In this document: positions 27,245-40,145 of the stretch, one piece after another
Numbering within the stretch: position 1 is the first letter of the stretch
Layout: each line of letters opens with the position of its first letter
Origin: Lama guanicoe
Taxonomy: Eukaryota
DNA length: 64,000 bases
Reading direction: 5' to 3'
Assembly: GCA_013239625.1 (NCBI GenBank)
Contig: MU053559.1
Coordinates: 3,598,607-3,662,606 of the forward strand
Notes under the pieces: model-generated
What the model was told of the DNA's origin: nothing
Seen by the model: only the letters and a program-made list of their open reading frames with translations
Database searches by the model: none
Made by a program: the position numbers and the translations under genes

Positions 27245-28870
27245 GCAGCAAATATTCATTGAGGATGTCTACATGTCAGATATTCTCCCAAGTGTTGGGG
27301 ACAAAGTAGGAAGCAAAACAAGTAAGATCCCTGCCCTCCCAGAGCTTATAATCTAGTAAGGACAGTCACACAATAAATAACCAATGAATCAACCAAATAA
27401 ACACCTACCTACATGCATTCATGCATACAAAGTACTACCAGTGGCAAGTAATCCAGGAAAAATAAAATAGACGGTGTGATGGAGCAGAGCCGGGGAATAC
27501 CTCCTCCTTAGAGTTGAGGTATAAGCTGAGATCTGAGATGTTAAACATGTCAGTATCAGGGCAAGGAGCACTACAGGAGATGGGAACCATTGATGGAAAG
27601 CCCCAAGGGTGGAAACAACTTTGATGTGTACAAGGAACAGAAAGAAAATCAATGTAGCTGGAGTGGGATGAGCAAAGGGTAGTAAGGCAAGATATGTAAG
27701 CAAGAGTGAGTTCATATAGGGCCCTGTAAGTTAAGTAATGAGGTAGGATCACCTCTTTGCAATGTAAGTCATTGGATGATTTGAAACAGGGAAATGTCAT
27801 GAATTTGAGTTTGCTTTAAAAGATGTTCTATCCTCTGTAGATTGAAAACTTAGAGAAGTGAGAGTGGAAGCAGTTGCCAGACTATTTATAATAGTCCAAA
27901 GGAAGATGATATCATCTTTGACCAAGGTAGTAGTAATATGGGTGCTAAGAAATGGTTGTATTCAGGTAGAGCTGACTTACTGACGTACTGATTGGAGGGT
28001 GGAGTGGCCGGGGGGGATAAAGAACTAAGGACAGTTCCAGGATTTTGGCCTGAGCAACTGGGTGAAGTGTAGTACCATTGCTGAGATGGAAGAGACTGCA
28101 GAAGAACTAGTTTGGGGGAGGGGACTCAAGACCTCTGTTTGGGAGATGTTAAGGTTGAGATGATTATTAAATAGCTGAAGGCACAATTAAGTAGGCAATT
28201 TATATATAAAGCTTGAAGCTTCAAGTCTGTAGGATTGAGCGAGATAACCCAGGAATGATTTAAAAAAAAAGAGAGAGAGAGATCTAATATGTGAATCCTG
28301 AAGCTCTCCAACATTTAGAGGCTGGGAAGAGGAGAAAGATTCAGCAAAGGAGTGTGACAAGGAGCAGAGAATCCCAAGGAAGTATGTGGCCCAGAAACAA
28401 AGTGAAGACAGTGGGTCAAGGAGGACAAGATCAAAAGCTGTTAAGTGGACAAGTAATTTCAGGGCAAAGACTTGACCACTGGGTTTGTAATCTGAAAACC
28501 AGAGCAGTCTAGATGGAGTGGTAGGAATGAAAGGCTGACTAAAGTCAAGTGGCCAACAGAAGCAACACGTGAAGATAACTCTTTGAAGTGCAGGATGCAG
28601 AGGGGAGGGGTTGTAGCTAAAACCAGAGCAGGATTGTGTGCTGATGACAGTGACCCAGGAGAGAGGGAGAAATTGATGATGCAGGAGAGAAAGTACATGA
28701 TTAGAGGGTCAAAGCCTTGGTGGGGGGGCTAGGATCCAAAGAGAGTGGAAAGGATTGGCTTCTTTAAAGAAACCACTTCACTTAAAGCACAAGCGGGGGT
28801 ATATAAGTGGATTTATTATGGAAAGATGAATGAGTTTTTACATTTTCTCAATAAAAAATGAAGCAGAGTC
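27245..28870 (-). mobile_element. Long degraded L2 LINE
   Basis: Reverse L2 3' end (caaatattcattgag...atccctgccctcccagagcttataatctag) followed by L2 body motifs (ttttggcctgagcaactgg, tttgggagatgttaaggttgagatg). Confidence 0.7.
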
Positions 28871-31667
28871 ATCAGATGAAGAGGGCTGGGGGAGCGGGGG
28901 TGGTGTCATGTAAGAAGTTTTAGAAGGAAATATCCGAAATAGCCACCTGAGACAGTGGGAAATTACACGCTAAGGGTCAAAAATGCTGTTCATTTAATTG
29001 CATGATGGTATCCGTCGAATACAATCATCTTAATGTTAGAAAAGAGGTATTAAAATATTCTTTCTGATGATGATTAGTCAAAAGATATTGCTTAGATTGC
29101 GCCAAGTCCATGATAAAAATGTTATCAACAGAGACAAAAATTGCTTTACCTCTTCTCTGCTATGGCCAGTGGGCGTTCGTCCAATCCATGATACAGTTTA
29201 TCCATTTGTCTTGTTATAGGTTAAAAAGAAGGTGGTTTAAGACCCAGTCATTTTTCGTGGGATGCACAATTTGAAGAAATAGTAAAACCTGAGAGGTTAT
29301 GCCAGTGTTCTAAGACGTGGAGGTATAGCAAAATCATCTACATGGAATTCAAGGATGATGCTGTAAAAAGCCTTCAATTGCCACTAAGTATTTGTAGGGA
29401 GATGGAAGTAAAGGAGAAGGAGGCATGATTAATTCCCAAGCCCAGCCTGCTGATCACTGGATAGCAACAGCAGGCCCAATATATGCAAGTAATTTCGCAC
29501 ACATAATCTTTGTATCAACTCTGCCTGCAAGCTACATCCCTGTTTTACAAACTTGAATTAGAAGGAGTTCAGAAGTTCCTTGCTCAAGATGCCACAGTGC
29601 CTAAGAGGCCAAGTGGGATTGGAACCTAATTCTTCCAATTTCAAAGCCAAATACTTCCTAAGATGTTGAATTCATTCTCTGAATAGATATTTGTTGGGTA
29701 TATACCATGCAACAGGCATCGTTCTCAGAACCTTGTGTATTTTGGCTCAATTTCTTTTCACAATTACTGGATTTACAGGCCAGGGATTTGGGATTTAAAG
29801 AAGGGGATTAATTTAATCACCTAGTCAATGGTAGACCCTGAATACGAGAGAGATCTGATTTTCTGGAAAGATTAACATTGCCTTTTTGAAGTAATACAAA
29901 GCCAATTCAACACAAGGAATTAATTAAGACAATTGGATTGGTAAGGACTGGGGCCCACTGCTCAGCATGAAATCTAGATATTTTGGCTAAAAGCACCTAA
30001 ATTTGTTTTTGATTTGGGGTAACTGAGTAGATGTCCTCAAGTGAATGGGGAAACTGGATCCCAGCCACAGACACCTCTGAAATAATTTGTCCAGACAGCA
30101 ATAGATACTTCGTTTTTCTGTGGATCTTTGCACTAGTGTTCATTTTGTGTGACAGGCCCTCTTCTGATACTGACCTGATCCTTTTTTATTTTATTTTTTT
30201 TGAGAGTATAATTTTCCCTAAAAAGAATTGACCCTAATGAACATACAAGGAATTTCATCTGAGTCCCACTTGAGGCCTTGTTTTGGCTTTCCGGAAGCCT
30301 TTTATCAAACCACAAACTGGGCTTTAGCCAGACATGGAGACCTTTCAACCTATCTCTAAACTGTTGGTATGAAATAACAAGAAAAGCCTCTTTCCAAAAA
30401 TAATTTGACTGAAAAGTTTAAAATTATAGAACTCTCAAAATATTCTTGGAGATTTAGTTACAAACTGCCGAAGCCTACTTTCTCTTGGCTCACCATGTCT
30501 CCTAATTCTTATTGTAAGTGATCTAATAATGGGTAAGGTATTCATTGCTATGGAAGCCCCAACTTGGGGCTCCTAACACACCTTGGTGGAGGGGGGTTGG
30601 TTAGGGCAAATTGTCTAGAGCTTGAGCTGTATTTTGGGGAATGAGATGGAATTCAATGACATCTTCCCAGCAGAACAAAGGCCAGGAAACACTAAATAGC
30701 GTGGGATGTGACAAGAACCATAGTGGGAAGGGTTTCAACATGGCTGAAGTATAAGGAACAAGATGGGGAGCAGGAGGATAAGGCTAGAAAAGTTGGCAGG
30801 GGTGAAGTCATGTTGGATCTTGTAGGGCATTAAGATGGAAGAAGAGACTGGGAAAAACTCAATGATGAACTCTAGGTTTTAGACATGAGCTCCCAGGCCA
30901 ATGACTGGGCCCAAGTTATGAGTCAGAAAACAACCTGGGAAAATGGATAGGATTTGATCATTCATTAGTTTCAGGTTTGTCAGTTATCTCTGTTGTAAAT
31001 ATGCTGAAAACTAGGGATTTCCTTCCTGGTTTGATGAAGAGCCCTGCTTTGGAACAGGAAGAGGCGCCATCTTTGAAGGCATGCAAAGCGCTGATGAATC
31101 AGTGAGGACCCAGGAAAATGGCACCCTCTGCTGAAGCCACATCCCTATCAATAAGATGAGTGGCTTAGAGCAGAGGTTCTAAACTAGTGGCCCCTGGGCC
31201 TTCTGTAGCACTGCTTGTCTTGAAAGAAGAAGAAAGAGGGAAGCTTCTAGTTTCTTTTTTTGGTAGAACACTGTCTTTTTCCTTCTTGTTTCACCATTTT
31301 TCACATTTCTGTAACTCGGCTGAACTAAGTACACTTCCAGCCTCCCTAGGAAGCTCCCTTTCCACATACATTACAATCACCCTCTTCCCACCTCTGTGGT
31401 GCCTCTCCTATTAGGCTTTTTTCTCTTCAAGAAGCAAGTCGTGGTTGGATATCAGCTCCTTGATAATGTTCAGCTGAAGGACAATGATGTGGTCGAGAAA
31501 GTTTGAATTGTAGGGGAAAAGAGAGGAGGGTTTTTTTTTTGAGGAATGTTCTGTGATCAACCCACCACCAACTGTAGCCACATTGACCAAACGGACCAGT
31601 TGCTTTAGGCAGTATTTCCCAAAATACGTAAGGAAACATTCCTGCCCTTGAAAAACATCACTTCCAT

Positions 31668-31725
31668 TTGACACAACATTGTCAAATGACTATAACTCAA
31701 TAAAAAAATGTTAAAAAAATTTTAA
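31668..31725 (+). mobile_element. Ultra-short (58 bp) L1 3'-terminal insertion
   Basis: ttgacacaacattgtcaaatgactataactcaataaaaaaatgttaaaaaaa matches the terminus of the other L1 copies here; TSD atcacttccat at 31657-31667 and 31726-31736. Confidence 0.8.
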
Positions 31726-32107
31726 ATCACTTCCATCCCCTCTTCCAATAAGATATAGAGACTAAGAAATTATGTGAATAATATATATAATATCTCCCGA
31801 TGGAGGTATGCAGTAAGTTAATTAAGGACTCTGAAAGTCCAGCTGGATAGAAACCAGTTTAACTTTTTGTATGTGTGTGTTTATTTTTATTTTATTTTAC
31901 AGCAGCTGGGTAGTATATTACTAAACCACCATTCCTTACAGAAAATGTCAGCAACCATTTGAACATTTGTACTTGAACAATGTTTCATTCATCTTTAAGT
32001 TGGGCAAATCTTAAGTATTTTGCAATTTAAAATATTATATAATCTAAGAAAATCCACCTCTTTCAAATTTCAAATAACCATCTTCATAATTTAGATTTTA
32101 TAGCCAA

Positions 32108-32397
32108 CTTTTAAAAAATTGAGATATAATTGACATATAACATTATTTTAGTCTCAAGTGTACAACATAAAGATTCAATATTTGCGTATACCATGAAATG
32201 ATCACCACAATGTGTCTAGTTAACATCCATCATGACACAGTTACAAAGATTTTTTTTCTTGTGATGAGAACTTGTAAGAGCTACTTTCTTAGCAACTTTC
32301 AAATATACCATACAGTATTAGTAACTATAGCCACCATGCTGCACATTACATCCCCATGACTTATTTTATAACTGAAAGTTTGTACCTTTTGACCACC
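32108..32397 (-). mobile_element. Older L1 (L1MA9-like) 3' end
   Basis: aattgagatataattgacatataac...cttagcaactttcaaatatac...gaaagtttgtaccttttgacca. Confidence 0.7.
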
Positions 32398-32813
32398 TGG
32401 TTTAACTTTTTTCCCAGAATTTTCTTATTATGAAAAAGGTCAAGGAATTTTACAGTCAACACTCATATACTGACCAACTAGATTCTACACTTAACATGCT
32501 TGCTGTATTTGCTTTATTCTGTAATTATCCATCTATCCATCCTTCTCTTTATCTGTCAAACCCTCTTATTATTTTTTGATACATTTCAAAGTAAGTCACA
32601 GACATCAGGACCTTTTGCCTCTAATTACTTTAGCACACTTATCCTCAACCAGCTTTGTTCGAATCCATATTTCCTTGTCCCACAAGAGCACAAAAATCCC
32701 ATGTTTTTGATTAACACCTATTGATGTCACTCAAATTTCATGCTCCACAGGGCAGACTAAAGCTAATCCTTTGGGGTTATGAAAACATCACCTATGTAAT
32801 GAAATCTCAGATT

Positions 32814-33402
32814 TTTTTTAACATTTTTTATTGATTTATAATCATTTTACAATGTTGTGTCAAATTCCAGTGTTCAGCACAATTTTTCAGTCATTCATAG
32901 ACATATACACACTCATTGTCACATTTTTTTCTCTGTGATTTATCATAACATTTTGTGTATATTTCCCTGTGCTATACAGTGTAATCTTGTTTATCTATTC
33001 TACAATTTTGAAATCCCAGTCTATCCCTTCCCACCCTCCACCCCCCTGGTAACCACAAGTCTGTATTCTCTGTCCATGAGTCTTTAGATTCCACATATGA
33101 GCGATCTCATATGGTATTTTTCTTTCTCTTTCTGGCTTACTTCACTTAGAATGACATTCTCTAGGAGCATCCATGTTGCTGCAAATGGCATTATGTTGTC
33201 GGTTTTTATGGCTGAGTAGTATTCCATTGTATAAATATACCACTTCTTCTTTATCCAGTCACCTGTTGATGGACATTTAGGCTGTTTCCATGTTTTGGCT
33301 ATTGTAAATAGTGCTGCTATGAACATTGGGGTGCAGGTGTCATCCTGAAGTAGATTTCCTTCTGGATACAAGCCCAGGAGTGGGATTCCTGGGTCATATG
33401 GT
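32814..33402 (-). mobile_element. Young 5'-truncated L1 (~590 bp): ORF2 C-terminus plus 3' UTR
   Basis: Near-identical to the 3' end of the L1 at 44935-48062; ORF 33084-33371 is the ORF2 C-terminus; 12-bp TSD aaatctcagatt at 32802-32813 and 33403-33414. Confidence 0.93.
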
Positions 33403-34877
33403 AAATCTCAGATTATTTAAAATTGTTATCCTGTCTCATGTAGATTAAACACCGAATGGAAGGGGGCAAATTTAATCATCTCATTTTACAGATGGGGAAA
33501 GTGAAGCCCAGAAAGGTGAGGGCTCTTGTCCAAGGTCATACAACCTATTAGGCCTGTTAGGCATAGAGCTTTCCTGCAGAATGACAATGTTCTGCCTTGT
33601 TCTTGAACGAGGCCATTTTCCTGTCACTGTAGTCCTAGCACACCGCTGACTGCTATGGTCTTTGGCTCACAAGGGTGTTTCAGGAGCAAAAGTAAAGTTC
33701 CTGGGTCAGTCTCTAAGCTAGACTCCCAGATGACTGTTTTTGGAACTTCATTTCTTCCAGTTACTTGTTCCATCTCATCCAGATTTCTTTTGCTTGGCAA
33801 TGCCCATGTTTTATTCTGTTCTTCTAGAATTCCAAATTAATCATCTCCTTTTTGGTGAAAGGAGATGTTTAAATGAAGAAGTATTCAAAGGATGCTACAG
33901 CAGGTCTCTGACCCTCTTCCGGCCATCTGTAACACCCAGCCCTTTCAGAGACTCAAATCTAGGGCATGGATGAAGCCATGGGGGAAGTGGTATTGCTCCA
34001 ATTTTATATTCTACCTTAAAGATGCTTGTGATTCTAAAAATCATGTTGGGAAACTCGAGGAGGGCTACTGTCACAGCAGTGAGCTATGTCATCCTTCAAC
34101 CACGTGATGGATAGTCAAGGAAACTATGGTGGCATCATCTGGATACTTTCAATACTTAAAAAATAGTATTCTTCAAGGAGTCTGTGTTCATTTATTTATA
34201 CATATTCCATTGAATTTGCAAAAGGATTTGAGGCAGGTGAATTAAAAGATTCGTTTTCTATAACAGTTTTTAAAATGAAGAATACAACACCCAAATTTGA
34301 GAAAGACAAAGCTGTAATTTCTGGGTTTGCATCCTTTTTTTCATGGGAGACCACGATGAGGTAAGGTGAAAAGAAATCTTGTCTACTACAATTACAATAC
34401 ACAAAAGATAACCCACACCTTTCACACAACAAAGGAAGACAAGAGCTTAGATATGAAACAAGACTCATTATACTGCTGACATTTTAATAAAATGTAATAA
34501 TTTACGTAGACAGCATGATGAAACAATTTTTATGGTTTTAGACGTATTCTGAAAGGCCTTGGAAGGCAATCTCATTCTAATTTCTCAAAAGCAGCCGCAT
34601 CTGGAGAAAAGTTTCTATGGCAACGCGGGAAAGCTTGTTTTTTTTTTTTTCCCTCCTTTTCAGGAGCATAAATCATCTCCTGGCTTGAGGCTTCAGTAAA
34701 GGTCTCCTTTATCTTAGAATCTATTGCCATTTGGTTTTGCGTTCCCGATTTTGACTGTCTCAGTGAAAACCGAACAAAGGGCTTCTAAGAAAACTTGGAG
34801 TCTTTTTCATATTTGGGGCCAAGATGTGAATAACATAACTTTAGACTTTGCTTCTCAGTGATCAAAATGATGGTACA

Positions 34878-35002
34878 GGGGGAGGGTATATAGCTCAATG
34901 GTAGAGCGCATGCCTAGCATGCAGGAAATCCTGGGTTCAATCCCCAGTACCACCATGAAATAAATTAATTAATTAACCTAATTACCTCCCCCTACTCCAA
35001 AA
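34878..35002 (+). mobile_element. vic-1-type tRNA-Ala-derived SINE
   Basis: tagctcaatggtagagcgcatgcctagcatgc...ggttcaatcccc head; TSD aaaatga(t/g)ggtaca at 34864-34877 and 35003-35016. Confidence 0.88.
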
Positions 35003-36199
35003 AAAATGAGGGTACACATTAGTATGTTTGGTTTATATCATGTATTGTTTCAAATTTCCAAAAAGTTGTGACTGATGGGTTCTCAGGAAAGAAAAACCAA
35101 TCTGTACTTAAGGAGGAGGAACTGTCTGGCCAAAGCACCTCTTGATGACTAGTTTAGTGGAGCAGTTAGAAGGCTCTGCGATGCTCCAGCTGCCTTCAGA
35201 TCTGCCTGTAAATGATATGGTCACCGGGTTTGGAGCACTGACAGGCTCCAGGTAGTTTTTTTTTATCAATACATTCTTTCCAAGAAAGCTAATAATGAGA
35301 TATTCTCATTTTAAAGCACGGCATGCCTTGAGAATTTTGTTTAAACCTTATTGGCCTTTGTATGTTATAGGAAGTGATGTGACTAATGAAAAACACAGAG
35401 GACACAGAAACAGAGCTGGGTTTTAGACCTAGCTCTGCCATTGCTAGTTGTATAACACTGGGCAAATCCTTGAGCCTCCATTTTCTAATCTGAAAAATAG
35501 GAATAACACTTTGAGCCTCAAACGCTTACTGTTAAGGGCTGAACGTGTGTGAATATTGGAGACTGCTGTGCTGTACACATATAAGGTAGTTATTATTATT
35601 GGTTGGTTGGTTCTCTTTCTTTCCATCTCTTTTTCTTTGAAAAGTCAAGGGTATCCTTTACTATTTCCAGTGTGACCGGAAGAAGTCAGTTTCAGCGTCT
35701 GTAAATATTTTAGTTTCTTATACGGTGTTAAATATACTCAGTTTATACAGATGCCATTTCAGGCATTTATTTATTTCTTGACCAAGTAATTAAATGTCAT
35801 CTTTGTTGAAGGATATTAAATGAATCCGTCCAACAAACGTGTTAAGTGCCAACGGTGTACTAGCATCGGGGAGACAAAGAATAGATAATTAAATTCTTAT
35901 CATTCAGGAAATACGTTTTCTGAGTTTCAAGGCCACAGCATAAACTGTTCACACTGATGCAGTGAAAGAGGAGGTGCAGGCCAGCTCACACTCTGCCAGC
36001 CAAGCGCCGATGTGAGCTGCAGTCATATGAAGAAAGGATGCCTTTTTGAAATTTACTTGCCATGAGTGTGTGCCTTCTTGTAATTTACACAAAGAAGACA
36101 TGGAATGTGTCAGCAGCGGCCCTGATGCTTGTACGGTTCATGATATTCTCTGGAAGGCTTTCAGTGTTTCACCGTTTAGCATGAGGAAGGCTGCTGGCC

Positions 36200-36430
36200 A
36201 CGTTTGTTACTTGGAGTCAGAGTGTCTGGATTTGAATACTGGCTCTGCCATTTGCTAGCTGTGTGACCTTGGGTACATTACTTGGCCTCTCTGTGCTTGC
36301 CGCTTGCCACAACTGCCCACTTCATAGAGTTGTTAGGAGGATAAGTAAATTCTTACCTGTAAAACAGTTAGACTAGAAGCTGGCATATAGCCTGTGCTCA
36401 AAATGTTAGCTGTTTTTAGTAATATTATTA
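36200..36430 (+). mobile_element. MIR SINE
   Basis: ttggagtcagagtgtctggatttgaatactggctctgccatttgctagctgtgtgaccttgggtacattacttggcctctctgtgc. Confidence 0.75.
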
Positions 36431-39042
36431 CCTGCCTCTCCATTCTGTGTTGAAGAGTTCAAAAATTAATATCTGAATTCTGCCTACAAATGCTGCTTTC
36501 CTGTAATGAATTTAATCACATGTTGGGGATATTTTTCTTCTTACCCCAGATCCTTTGTATGTGTGTGTGTATGTGTGTGTGTTTGTGTTAAATAACTAAA
36601 AGGCATTCTCTTTAGAGGCATCAAAGAATTCCAGTTCTTTGATCAAAGGCCACTTGATTGTTTCTAGAATTTTCTCATAAAACCATTGCTTTGTCAGAAG
36701 TGACAGAGGTGATGAGGGCTATTTGCATATTTTTTGGCTATTATCCTTCCTGGGAGGATGCTTGAAGGGTTTACCAGGGTTCTAAGGTTAGAGATGCTTT
36801 GAGGTACAGTGAAATATTTTGGTCAGTTTTGTTTAACATGTTCCTTTTTTTTTTTTTTTGGTAACTTTTAACTAAAAAAAATTCCTTTTATATGTAGTAT
36901 TGAAGTATTGATGTTTCGTACTGTTTTCAAAACGATTAACTTTGCATTTTAAAATGCTGGAAAAGTTCTGTTAAATATCAGATTTTGATCTGAAGGACAT
37001 GAGACAGATTGACAAGACAAAGGATGAGGCAGATGGGGATTTTGATTTTTCCCTTTTCTCCAAGTCTTTTCTCCTCCACTGTTCCTAAGACACTGAGAAG
37101 AGCCCCCCCTCATTACCTGCACTATGTGCTTTTCAGTCTCCTACTGCATCTAACTCTCAGGCCATTTTCCGTGGCACGAAACTGGAAGCGTTGACTGTTA
37201 ATAATGGTACAAACCACTGATTTCTAGGTACTTAAAATAATTTGAGTATCTAATCCAAATTGAAGTATCCAAGTAATTGAGACAGTCATCACTTTGATGA
37301 GACATTTTCCAAGTGAACCATCTGGGAAGGGAGATGCAATATTTTAATCATTTCACGCATGAGGCTTTATAGTCCACCATTAGTCAGATGTACCACACTG
37401 GGTTTATTCATCCAAGGGAGACTCCCTGAGCCAAAATACTATGAGTCCTGCACCATTTAGAGACAACAAATAAGATGATCTTATCAGGGTCCTGTCGGGG
37501 ACCGATAGGGGCTGCTTCTGAAAGTGCCAAATGATCATCTGTTTGTGAAATATTACTTGGTCCTGTGTGTTAAACTCAAGTTTAATTCACTTTTTAAAAG
37601 TACAGATGGATTCTCACCTTGCTTCTAAACTGGTTGCAAAAGTTAAATATCTGTTTAAGAGAAAAACTGATATTTTAAGATTCTTATATTTAAATGGAGA
37701 ACAGAATGCTTTAAGACACTTTGCATCAATCAGTGTATAGTTACTGATTTTTTAAATTTTTCCTTTTGGATCCAAGGGTGGTGGCTGAGAGTTCAGGTTT
37801 GGTGCCAAACTCTAACCCTGCCTTTTAGTAATTGTGTAATCTTCAGCAAGTCAGGGAATGTCTCTAAGGCTTCCTTTTTAAATGAGGATAATAGTACTTC
37901 TCAGCACTGGCGTGAAGATCAGATGAGCTTTGTGTATAAAACGCTTCTTCTTCACACAGAGCAAAGCAATGCTCAGTGCTTTATGATGGTGACTGTTAAT
38001 ATTGTGGATATTTTCATTCTTTCTTTCTTTTTCACCGTTACTGTGTTGTGTCAGTAAATGATTGCCTAAGTGTTTCAACAGTGTTGATTTCATCGTCTAG
38101 TGTTTTTAGAGCAAATGTAATTCTGCTACTTCATGGGTTTTTTTTTTTTGCAATAGTATTGCATTATAAAATTCTCAGACTTCCTGGAGAATGCACCATC
38201 TCTCATATTTTTGTTCTATGGCAAAATGTGTTAGTAGTTCCAAACGCCTGACATAAACATGAACTCTTGGGAAATCACCCTGTCCTAAGCCGGGGCAGCT
38301 TTGTGTACTTCGTTGTTTGCTTACTCTTAATTAATCAAACCATTAGTCCTTTTGCCAGTCGTCACTGAGGAATCCCTTGAGGGCTATTTCTTAACAGTCT
38401 TAATCACCTCCAGACCCCGACTCCAATTCTTTTTTCCAATTGCAGTGTCTTCCTTAAGGCACGGATGCTTGGGTCAATTACTTTTCAAGTCAATTTTGTC
38501 AGTTGATTCCAACAAACATTTTAAATACCCCTCACACGAACACTAGTGAGACAAATCGTGAGGTATTTCCAATAATACAATCTCGTATTGCCTTCTTTAA
38601 AGATATTTTTGTAATTTCTATTTATGCCTTTTTAAGGCACTTGGGCATAGAGAACTCTATTCAGTGATTTGATAAGACCCTGGCTTGTTTTAGTAAAAGT
38701 CTGTGTTTAGCATCAGATGCTATGGGGAAACTGCACTTACTCAAAGACAGTACCTTCTGTGGAATATAAAATGCTAGTGTGTATGAGTGATGTTGTGTTT
38801 CGCTCTGAGCCCTTTTGTTTGAGCCTCAACACGCTCAGCAGGTCTGTCTGAATTCCCTGATGACAGCTGTTACTAGGGCTGCATGTTATTTCGTATATCA
38901 TTTGTTGAACTGATGCTTGAAAAGGGAAATGGCATTGAATTGTATGCAATTTTGAATCTAAATAGGAATTTTCTTTTCCTTATAGAGGTAAAATTAGGAA
39001 AGTGGAGTTAAAAATCCAAGCCCTGTATTTGTGAATTAGGAT

Positions 39043-39081
39043 TGTGCAATGCTTGTGTGCAATGCTTGTGTGCAATGCCTG
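39043..39081 (+). repeat. 13-bp tandem triplication (tgtgcaatgcttg)
   Basis: Three units, one mismatch in the third. Confidence 0.9.
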
Positions 39082-39216
39082 TGCACACTGTGCGGGGAGC
39101 TGTGGACTTTGGGACCATCACCTCACCACCAACTGGAAGTCCCAGCCTTGCCCCCAAGGACAGGGATCAGAAGATGGATTCACTCAAAGGATGACACGGC
39201 AAATTTCCCTCTTTAA

Positions 39217-39644
39217 TATTTTAAGTATTTTATTTATTATCATATTATTTTATTATTTTTTGGCAGAGGGGGAGGTAATTTTATTTATTTATTTATTTAT
39301 CTTTTTTTTTAACATTTTTTTATTGAGTTAGTCATTTTACAATGTTGTATCAAATTCCAGTGTGGAGCACAATTTTTCAGTTATACATGAACATACATAT
39401 ATTCATTGTCACATTTTTTTTTCGCTGTGAACCACCATAATATCCTGTATATATTTTCCTGTGCTATACAGTACAATCTTGTTTATCTATTCTCAGACTG
39501 GGATTTCAAAATTTGTAGATACTGACAGGCATATGCAGAATAGATAAACTAGATTTATTTATTTTTAATGGAGGTCCTGGGGATTGAACCCAGGACCTCA
39601 TGCATGCTAAGCATGTGCTCTACCACTGAGCTAAACCCTCCCCC
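39217..39644 (-). mobile_element. vic-1-type SINE split by an L1 insertion
   Basis: tRNA-like head at ~39566-39644 and attacctccccc tail at ~39260-39300, separated by L1 sequence; possible degenerate TSD ending cctctttaa on both sides. Confidence 0.8.
39301..39555 (-). mobile_element. L1 3' end with 5' inversion, nested in the SINE
   Basis: 39301-39493 is antisense L1 3' UTR; 39494-39555 is the adjacent L1 sequence in the opposite orientation. Confidence 0.85.
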
Positions 39645-39939
39645 CAAAATCAGCCTCTTTAAAAAAAAAAGTGGGCATCTTCTTTTAGAATAGCCCATAG
39701 AGGGGGATACAAGCCTCGCCTTTTCATTATGGCTTTTACAATGCACTCATATTTTATGTTCCACAGACTGTTATCAAACCTTGAGGTACAAGTGTGTTTT
39801 AAAAACACGTTGATCTAAACAGAGTGAAAAATATCTTTTGAAAGGTAATTTCTCCCTGAAGCAAAAATTGAGAGATGCGATCTATGAAAAGGATGGCTCT
39901 GAGGCATCTGAAAGCAGTACTCATGGTGGCTATGGATAC

Positions 39940-40145
39940 CAACACTGGAGTGAAACTGCCTGGCTTTGCCGCTGGCTCGTTACGTGACCTTGGACACCTC
40001 TTCGCACTTCAGTTTCCTCAGCCATGAAATAGAAAGATCAATAAGACCTTTTTTATCGGGTTGCTGTGAGAATTCATTGAATTCACATATAAAATGCTTA
40101 GGACAGCGTCTCAAATGCAGTGAGCACATATGAATGGTAGCTATT
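39940..40145 (+). mobile_element. MIR SINE
   Basis: gtgaccttggacacctc...cttcagtttcctcagccatgaaat...gggttgctgtgagaattcattga...taaaatgcttaggacag. Confidence 0.7.

Noticed and set aside
37470..37509. Two adjacent short hairpins (ataaga-tga-tcttat and cctgtcgg-gga-ccgatagg)
   Set aside because: Stems of 6-8 bp are expected by chance in 64 kb; no RNA-family features.
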